Position numbers and translations under genes: made by a program
Shown here: in pieces, positions 8,491 through 13,880 of the stretch
Layout of the letters: each line of letters opens with the position of its first letter
How positions within the stretch are numbered: position 1 is the stretch's first letter
Notes under the pieces: model-generated
Told to the model about the DNA's origin: nothing
Databases searched by the model: none
Seen by the model: the letters and a program-made list of their open reading frames with translations, nothing else
IMG/VR virus record: IMGVR_UViG_3300045988_104640
Coordinates: 1-39,374 of that record
Reading direction: 5' to 3' (one strand)
Length of the DNA: 39,374 nt
Source: a virus

Positions 8491-8777
8491 CTACCAAAGA
8501 AGCAATTCAAGAACTTAAGTGGGTTAAAACTCATGGATTTGTTTTAGATAAAGAAATTGTAGGAACCGATAGAATATTAAGTGCTTTAGATATAGGGATT
8601 CGTGCAATCGAAAGTAGTATACCAAAACAAGTAATTCATAGAGAATATACATCTGCAAAATGTCCTACTTGCGGAGAAAATCTATCGGAATCTTTGGGTG
8701 ACGGATATTATAAGCATTGGGAAAATTTAGATGTGTGTCCGAATCCAAATTGTAGACAAAGGTTAAAATGGAGGTGA
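8487..8777 (+). CDS. hypothetical protein with C-terminal zinc ribbon
   Basis: CPTC ... CPNPNC. Starts in a junction repeat. Confidence 0.55.
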   Translation: MTTKEAIQELKWVKTHGFVLDKEIVGTDRILSALDIGIRAIESSIPKQVIHREYTSAKCPTCGENLSESLGDGYYKHWENLDVCPNPNCRQRLKWR

Positions 8778-8783
8778 GGAAGA

Positions 8784-9032
8784 ATGACATACGAAGAAGT
8801 GAAAAAGATAAGGAACAATGGGCAAGTAGAACATCCCAACATCAGAGAATTACAGGAGTTAATAGATATTGCGATAGAAAAACAGATTCCGAAGAAACCA
8901 AGTGACACGCTAACGATTTCGGGCGTATCAAGGTACAAAAGCGGGAATTGCAAATGCGGAACTGCAATTCTACAGATTTATAAATACTGCCCTTCTTGTG
9001 GACAGGCTATAGACTGGGAGGGGATAGAATGA
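8784..9032 (+). CDS. hypothetical protein with C-terminal zinc ribbon
   Basis: CKC ... CPSCGQAIDW. Same architecture as 8487-8777 (helical N-part, IPKKP linker, Zn ribbon). Confidence 0.55.
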   Translation: MTYEEVKKIRNNGQVEHPNIRELQELIDIAIEKQIPKKPSDTLTISGVSRYKSGNCKCGTAILQIYKYCPSCGQAIDWEGIE

Positions 9033-9409
9033 GATGTTATTTTTCGCCGTCAGTATCGGCGGTAGACAACGAAGAAATGACGAGCAAAGAAAACAGCCCG
9101 AAAATAGTGGAATTGACAGAGGAACAGAAAGAAAGAGAAAACGACGCAAAGGAATGTATTTACTGGACAATATGCAAGGAGTTATTCGAGACCTATAAGG
9201 CTAAAAATGCTGATTACGGAGACAGTTTCGCACAAGTCAGGGATAAATACCCGAATGCCATTCTAATTAGGCTGAATGACAAACTGAACAGGTTAGAAAC
9301 GCTGATGAACGGGGCAGAACAGCATGTCAACGATGAATCGGTGAAAGATACATTGTTGGACTTGGCGAATTATTGCATAATGGAGCTGGTAGAAAGGAGA
9401 TATGGATGA
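9029..9409 (+). CDS. DUF1599-like (nucleotide-modification-associated domain 1) protein
   Basis: SD GGGAGGGG before ATG 9029, ATGA overlap. KNADYGDSF ... RLNDKLNRL ... ESVKDTLLDLANYCIM matches my recollection of this family pattern. Confidence 0.5.
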   Translation: MRCYFSPSVSAVDNEEMTSKENSPKIVELTEEQKERENDAKECIYWTICKELFETYKAKNADYGDSFAQVRDKYPNAILIRLNDKLNRLETLMNGAEQHVNDESVKDTLLDLANYCIMELVERRYG

Positions 9410-9846
9410 TGGAAAATGTGATTATTGATACAGAAGAAAAAAGAAAGACACTGATGATGGATGTTGCAATGGCAGCTGTTATGCGACTATTAGGCGACGA
9501 AATGTATTTTTTTAGTTACAATGCAAGAAGAGAGCTTCAAGATATTATTTGCCTAAAAACTACAAGTTTTATATTTTACTATGATGGAAGTAAACTTGTA
9601 AAAGGTGAATATATGGAATGTGGGAGAAAGTACAATATTTGCATAAATTTTTGCCAACTTGGAAGAACACTATTTTTCACAAGGGAAGAGGCAGAAAAGG
9701 CACGCGAAAAGGAGCTTAACAAGGAGAAAAGCAATGATCAAGACGAAGAAGCCTTTCAAATCGAACTTAAAAAAACTAAAAATATGGCTGACAAAGAACT
9801 TAAAGAGTACATAAAAGCTATGGCAGGGGAGACAGACGATGATTGA
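9406..9846 (+). CDS. hypothetical protein
   Basis: SD AGGAGA 6 nt before ATG 9406, overlapping the upstream stop. Confidence 0.55.
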   Translation: MMENVIIDTEEKRKTLMMDVAMAAVMRLLGDEMYFFSYNARRELQDIICLKTTSFIFYYDGSKLVKGEYMECGRKYNICINFCQLGRTLFFTREEAEKAREKELNKEKSNDQDEEAFQIELKKTKNMADKELKEYIKAMAGETDDD

Positions 9847-10126
9847 AAGCGATTTTTACGAAAAAAGCATGGAGAGAAAGGAACGATTCTACAAGCTGAT
9901 AAACGATTTCATATCAGAATGCGAAAAGAAAGGAATAAGGACGGATTTTATTGACGATCCCCACGCAAGGGTAATAACAATAGGCATAAAAAAAGATGGT
10001 GCCGCCGCTGCGCTTTCTTATCCGAAAAAAATTGCGTATTTTGAATATGACATTGCAGATATAGAGCAAGGCTTGTCTGATATGTTTCAGTTATTTGCGA
10101 AAAAATACGAGGAGAAAAACCAATGA
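9839..10126 (+). CDS. hypothetical protein, 95 aa
   Basis: SD GGGGAGA, tight packing. Confidence 0.5.
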   Translation: MIESDFYEKSMERKERFYKLINDFISECEKKGIRTDFIDDPHARVITIGIKKDGAAAALSYPKKIAYFEYDIADIEQGLSDMFQLFAKKYEEKNQ

Positions 10127-10551
10127 TTGAGAAATACTATAATTTCGATGTTGACAGATTCCTGGCGGACCATACCGAGCATATAACACGGCTTGCAGAA
10201 TTAAAAGCCGAGAAGCAAGCCGTAGCCGATTCGGGCGGCATGGAGTACGGACACATCCGGGGAAGCGGAATATCTGACCCGACCGCTAGAAGGGCACAAA
10301 AAAGAGAATCTATTGATTGGAAAATCAAAGAGTATGAGGAGTGCATAAGAGGTTACGACAAGCTGACGGCAGACTTAACCGAAGAGGAAAAAATGATGAT
10401 AGAATATCTATCAATCCGTAAGGGAAATGCAAACAGACGGAGTGCCTTTATCACCCTCTCAGAGGCTCTCGGGTACTCGGAATCTAACCTTTACGCATTA
10501 CTTAACGAACTGAGACAAAAACTCCGTAAAATCGCCGATTTTGGGGCATAG
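10123..10551 (+). CDS. ArpU/RinA-like late transcription activator (sigma-70 region-4-like HTH), putative
   Basis: ~140 aa, last gene of the early operon. The C-terminal LTEEEKMMIEYL ... TLSEALGYSESNLYALLNELRQKLRKI resembles sigma region 4. Confidence 0.5.
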   Translation: MIEKYYNFDVDRFLADHTEHITRLAELKAEKQAVADSGGMEYGHIRGSGISDPTARRAQKRESIDWKIKEYEECIRGYDKLTADLTEEEKMMIEYLSIRKGNANRRSAFITLSEALGYSESNLYALLNELRQKLRKIADFGA

Positions 10552-10557
10552 AAAGGG

Positions 10558-10587
10558 AAAAAGCAAGGTGTTATGCCTTGCTTTTTT
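10558..10587. terminator. bidirectional intrinsic terminator between convergent operons
   Basis: AAAAAGCAAGG-TGTTAT-GCCTTGCTTTTTT: a stem flanked by an A-run and a T-run. Confidence 0.8.
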
Positions 10588-10595
10588 CACTTACA

Positions 10596-10796
10596 CTACA
10601 GCCCAATATAACGTCTCACTGCTCCGCCAACTGGCGTTTTGACGGTTTCGGCGAATGATTCTTCGCACTTGTCGATATATTCCGTCCCTCGCCAGGAAGC
10701 AAACGCGATTTCTCTTTCGATCATCGCTTTGCGATTGATTTTGTGGTCAACCGACTTCAAAATAACATCGCTGCACGCCGTTCTTTCTCTTTTCAT
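10596..10796 (-). CDS. hypothetical protein, 66 aa (last gene of the accessory operon)
   Basis: SD AGGAGG 8 nt before ATG 10796 (MKRERTACSD...). The track start at 10859 lacks an SD. Confidence 0.5.
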   Translation of the reverse strand: MKRERTACSDVILKSVDHKINRKAMIEREIAFASWRGTEYIDKCEESFAETVKTPVGGAVRRYIGL

Positions 10797-10851
10797 TTTC
10801 TCATCCTCCTGTCGCAATTCTATCATTTTGTATTCGCTCAAGTCAATCGTA

Positions 10852-11055
10852 TTAAGCAATCTGAACGCAAAACCTATACTGTTCTATGCCGAAAAGCATG
10901 TAGACACCTGTCATGTCATCATCGAAGTAATTACCGTAATAGGTTAAATTACCCTCTTCAGCTCTAACCTTGTTAAGTTTTACGAAATCAATGTTTTTTG
11001 CGCTACAATGCATTTCATCATGAAAATGGATTGTAGAATTTTCTGAGTATTTCAT
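10852..11055 (-). CDS. hypothetical protein, 67 aa
   Basis: SD GGAGGT 7 nt before ATG 11055 (MKYSENSTIHF...). Confidence 0.55.
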   Translation of the reverse strand: MKYSENSTIHFHDEMHCSAKNIDFVKLNKVRAEEGNLTYYGNYFDDDMTGVYMLFGIEQYRFCVQIA

Positions 11056-11066
11056 CTTTTTTACCT

Positions 11067-11112
11067 CCGTTTCGCTCTTGCTCATCAGTGCCGGACTTGT
11101 ACCGGCAGACGG
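11067..11112 (-). ncRNA. type III hammerhead ribozyme motif
   Basis: Minus strand reads CCGUC UGCCGG-UACAAGU-CCGGCA CUGAUGA GC-AAGA-GC GAAA CGG. The complete invariant core is present, with a 6-bp stem I, 2-bp stem II and 4-bp open stem III. Predicted cut after C at 11108. Confidence 0.6.
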
Positions 11113-11163
11113 GGCGGAAAGTGCCGCCGTTTATTTAATTCTTCTTGTCATGTTTTGAACCTC

Positions 11164-11316
11164 CTAAATTCTAACCCCTAACAACATACAAGTTCGTTTT
11201 GCCTCACAAAACTTAACCCAATTCTCTTTACATGGGCTTTTAATGTAGTCAGCCCTTGCCTTCTTGTATGTTTCTAATGCCTTTGGCATCGCTGTTTTCA
11301 AATCTTCGTATCTCAT
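11164..11316 (-). CDS. hypothetical protein, 50 aa
   Basis: SD AGGAAG before ATG 11316 (MRYEDLKTAMPK...). The longer track ORF would start inside the palindromic element. Confidence 0.45.
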   Translation of the reverse strand: MRYEDLKTAMPKALETYKKARADYIKSPCKENWVKFCEAKRTCMLLGVRI

Positions 11317-11375
11317 TTTTCTACTTCCTTTCTTGGTTGGCATACCGTCGGGTATGTTATGATTGAGGGTTGATG

Positions 11376-11558
11376 TCAACCCTCTTTTAATTTTCTAAGT
11401 GCGTCCCGGAAAACCTCCGTTGTGCTTTCGCCGTTGTGCTTTCGCCGTTCTACCAACGCGATTAGGTCGCTGTCGGTATCTTTTCGCAGGTTCACATGAT
11501 ACTCTGCATAGTTGGCTTTTTTCCAACGGGCTTTTACTTCGCTCGATGTCTTGCCCAT
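11376..11558 (-). CDS. ribbon-helix-helix (Arc/CopG-like) DNA-binding protein, putative operon autoregulator
   Basis: MGKTSSEVKARWKKANYAEYHVNLRKDTDSDLIALVE ... TEVFRDALRKL fits a beta-strand, helix, helix pattern of RHH proteins. Confidence 0.55.
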   Translation of the reverse strand: MGKTSSEVKARWKKANYAEYHVNLRKDTDSDLIALVERRKHNGESTTEVFRDALRKLKEG

Positions 11559-11998
11559 TATTTGAAATCCTCTTCAGTGAAATATGATGTTGCGTTATAC
11601 TCATCTTTTGGGTAGACTTGGAAGATGATATTTTTTTCTTCTTCCGGTTCTAATCCGTTCCAAAACTCTTCGGCTGCTTTGTACGCCGTGCGCGCCTCGG
11701 TGGTACCCATCGTCTGATATTCGTTGACTTGCTGCACATTTTCACCGTATCCAAAGGCTACTGTGAACTTTTGCAAATACGGGAAGTCTACAATGCTGTC
11801 GATGAAGTCTATTTCTTCTCCGTCCTCGTCAACTTCGCATTCATAAACTTCTTCGTGCATGTTGCGCAAATCATCTTTTTCGTACCAATCGTTTTCGGCT
11901 TTTTCTTTTGCCGCTGCTCTTGCTTCCTTTTCTGTGTCAAAGTAGGTGGCTGCTCCTCCGTCCTCTCCTGTCATTGTTACGATCGCATATTTTTTCAT
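11558..11998 (-). CDS. strongly acidic hypothetical protein, 146 aa (first gene of the accessory operon)
   Basis: SD AGGAGA 6 nt before ATG 11998. 37 D/E against 14 K/R by direct count. The track N-terminus (TTG at 12082) lies inside the promoter. Confidence 0.6.
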   Translation of the reverse strand: MKKYAIVTMTGEDGGAATYFDTEKEARAAAKEKAENDWYEKDDLRNMHEEVYECEVDEDGEEIDFIDSIVDFPYLQKFTVAFGYGENVQQVNEYQTMGTTEARTAYKAAEEFWNGLEPEEEKNIIFQVYPKDEYNATSYFTEEDFK

Positions 11999-12052
11999 TT
12001 TCTTTCTCCTTTCAATCGCCCTTGTGGCGTTCCGCTCTTTCGTTGTACCCAT

Positions 12053-12082
12053 GTTATAGCATACCGTCGGGTAGGTTGTCAA
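12053..12082 (-). promoter_or_regulatory. sigma-70-type promoter of the accessory operon with an embedded palindromic element
   Basis: Minus strand: TTGACA (12082-12077), 18-nt spacer, TGc-TATAAC (12058-12053). The spacer contains CCTACCCGACGGTATGC, a near copy of the palindrome at 11340-11356. Confidence 0.6.
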
Positions 12083-12235
12083 CCCCTTTTTTAAATTTTT
12101 TTCAAACTTTTTTCGGCAAAACTAGCAAACCGTTGAAATTTCAATAAATTCTTAATAAAAAAAACAGCGAAACAATGCTATATTAAGTATAGGCAAAGGC
12201 CTTTTCATGGCATACTTTCATCTTTTGCCTCCTTT

Positions 12236-12261
12236 CAAATCAAAAGCCCCGGAAACGGGGC
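12236..12261 (-). terminator. intrinsic-terminator-like hairpin reading on the minus strand
   Basis: Minus strand: GCCCCG-UUUC-CGGGGC followed by UUUUGAUUUG. Confidence 0.45.
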
Positions 12262-12446
12262 AAAGGTTACTACCGGCAGGACCCGCAGCGCAGGCGGCCG
12301 GATAACAGCGCAGCATGTGCCGCGGACGCGCGGGGAATACTGCTGCCATAGACAACCCCGGAGCGCAGGACGGGACACGTTACCGAAACCACGCAGACGG
12401 GGAACGACACTATCGCGCGGATAAATGAACGCAACCGCGCGGATAT

Positions 12447-12529
12447 CGGGAATCGGTGCAGCGGGTGATGCACATCAGACTGTAAATCTGACGCTTACGG
12501 CTTAGCAGGTTCGAATCCTGCATTCCCGA
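12447..12529 (+). tRNA. tRNA-Tyr: tRNA-Tyr (anticodon GUA), class II long variable arm, no encoded CCA
   Basis: - Acceptor stem: CGGGAAU/AUUCCCG.
- D arm: GUGC-AGCGGGUGAU-GCAC.
- Anticodon arm: UCAGA-CUGUAAA-UCUGA.
- Variable arm: 13 nt, with a GCU/GGC stem.
- T arm: GCAGG-UUCGAAU-CCUGC.
- Discriminator: A73. Confidence 0.85.
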
Positions 12530-12587
12530 AATCGGGGGAAACTATACAGGAACACCCTTAAACAGTAAACCAAAACTATATTTTCAT

Positions 12588-12615
12588 AGACAGTCTTATG
12601 CAGGCTGTCTTTTTT
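12588..12615 (+). terminator. intrinsic terminator downstream of the tRNA
   Basis: AGACAG-N11-CTGTCT followed by TTTTT. Confidence 0.6.
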
Positions 12616-13163
12616 CGTGTGTAAAAAGGAAGGGAAAACGGGCAGACATTAGAAGAGGAGGCAAGCCCTCACAGGTTCCACCGCCCCAAAAAGCCGACTG
12701 ACACACGGCGCACAAGCCATACTGGCACACGCAACTATTCCGTAAATGCTATTTTTAGGAATAGTTAGGTAAGCCGCGAAGAACCCTTGCAACCGTTGAA
12801 ATTCCAACATCGTAACGCAGTACAAACAGGGCTTGCATTCCCCTGCACACACGGGCGCACAGCCCCTCGCGCTACATATAGTGGCGTGCTACCCTGCGGC
12901 GGTGATGGTCGGGGTGAATCGTAAACGCACCCACTCGCGCGCGCTTCCCCCCTATACAGAGTACCCGCACCTCTGACCTTGAATCGTAAACACCCCCACT
13001 ATTCGAAAGCAGTCTAATTTCCAAAATTAGAAAAAAATGGGCGGGATTTTGATACAGAAAATGGAAAAAGGCAACTTTGCTCACGGGCGGGATACCCGAA
13101 AAACCGACGAAATGACCTAAAATGTAATATATTAACTGTAAAATGACGAAAAGGGGATAAAAA

Positions 13164-13880
13164 ATGGCAGAAGAGAAAAGGGGAAGAGGCAGACCTAAAG
13201 AGGATGAATTGGTCGTAAAACCGTTTGTACCTCATGTGAGACCTCAAATCAAAGAGAAGAACAAGGAAGCTTATGCGAAGAAAGCAATCCGCAGAGCTGA
13301 CCAACTTTATAAACAGTATGCACAGCCGAGACCGAATCCGCTTAACCTTGAGGATAAGGACTTGACCAAAGAAGCGAAAGAGATGTGGGCTTATATCTTC
13401 TCCACACGGGAAAATCTCAGCGCGGCATTTAATGCAAAGACATTCGAGAATTGCGACGAGATTTTGACCGCCTTTGAGGGGTTTTGCGCATATATCCGCA
13501 ATAACAATTTTATTAAGCAATTCAAAAGACCCGACGGTGGGGATGGTGTAATGCCGATTGTGCCAAATGTCACAAACCTTGCTTTGTGGCTTGGCATTTC
13601 GCGTCGCTCCATGCGTGAGCACCTTGCAAATATGTCACCGTCGCAGGAAGCGGAGTATAAGTCAATGCTTGGCGACTTGCTGTCAGATGGGGCGTTGGTC
13701 GGTGCGTATAATACCTCAAGTGCGATTTTCACGCTAAAGAATCTTTGCGACTGGGCGGATAAACGCGAAGACCGAATCACGAAGGTAGAGGACACCTCTT
13801 CAATCGACGAAGCAAAGAAGAACTTAGAAGAACTCGGATATGTGAGACCTCGGTTATTAGAGGGTGGAAAAAATGAATAA
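13164..13880 (+). CDS. terS: terminase small subunit
   Basis: Immediately upstream of and overlapping terL. Basic N-terminus (KRGRGRPK) and HTH-like NVTNLALWLGISRRSMREHL. Confidence 0.65.
   Translation: MAEEKRGRGRPKEDELVVKPFVPHVRPQIKEKNKEAYAKKAIRRADQLYKQYAQPRPNPLNLEDKDLTKEAKEMWAYIFSTRENLSAAFNAKTFENCDEILTAFEGFCAYIRNNNFIKQFKRPDGGDGVMPIVPNVTNLALWLGISRRSMREHLANMSPSQEAEYKSMLGDLLSDGALVGAYNTSSAIFTLKNLCDWADKREDRITKVEDTSSIDEAKKNLEELGYVRPRLLEGGKNE

Larger units (their letters stand above)
7728..8788 (+). repeat. six copies of a 19-bp gene-junction element GGCAGGTGAGCAGGAATGA
   Basis: Copies at 7728-7746 (GGAGCGTGAGCAGGAATGA), 7919-7937, 8143-8161 (one mismatch), 8335-8353, 8472-8490 and a degenerate copy at 8770-8788 (GGAGGTGAGGAAGAATGAC). 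Each carries the SD, the downstream ATG and the upstream stop. Confidence 0.9.
12083..13163. other. ORF-free, GC-rich, helix-dense intergenic island (candidate large structured RNA and/or packaging site) containing tRNA-Tyr
   Basis: No SD-preceded ORF of plausible composition. 41 of 60 nt are G/C in 12241-12300. Multiple stable hairpins, long-range complementarity and direct repeats (see findings). Confidence 0.6.

Noticed and set aside
7728-8788. Regularly spaced 19-bp repeats as a CRISPR array
   Set aside because: The spacing (137-294 bp) is far too long and variable. Every interval is a coding ORF, and each repeat carries an SD, a start and a stop. No cas genes are present.
11374-11379. 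Internal promoter at the second GGGTTGACA copy downstream of the RHH gene
   Set aside because: TTGACA is present, but no acceptable -10 hexamer lies at 16-19 nt spacing (CATACC/ACATAC). I kept only the palindrome observation.
11999-12082. N-terminal extension of the acidic protein (track ORF starts at 12082 with TTG)
   Set aside because: The extension would begin inside the -35 hexamer of the operon promoter and has no SD. ATG 11998 has AGGAGA at ideal spacing.
12361-12420. Possible second hammerhead, because GCAGACGGGG (reverse complement CCCCGUCUGC, the cleavage-site context of the 11108 motif) recurs at 12392-12401
   Set aside because: The minus-strand sequence downstream has no CUGAUGA or GAAA core and no stem I hairpin. 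Only a shared 10-mer is present.
12270-13084. Minus-strand ORFs 12270-12473, 12649-12852 and 12872-13084 (also 13014-13622, antisense to terS)
   Set aside because: They are open frames produced by GC-rich sequence. They have no SD and an R/A/C/S-rich implausible composition, and one runs through the antisense of the tRNA.
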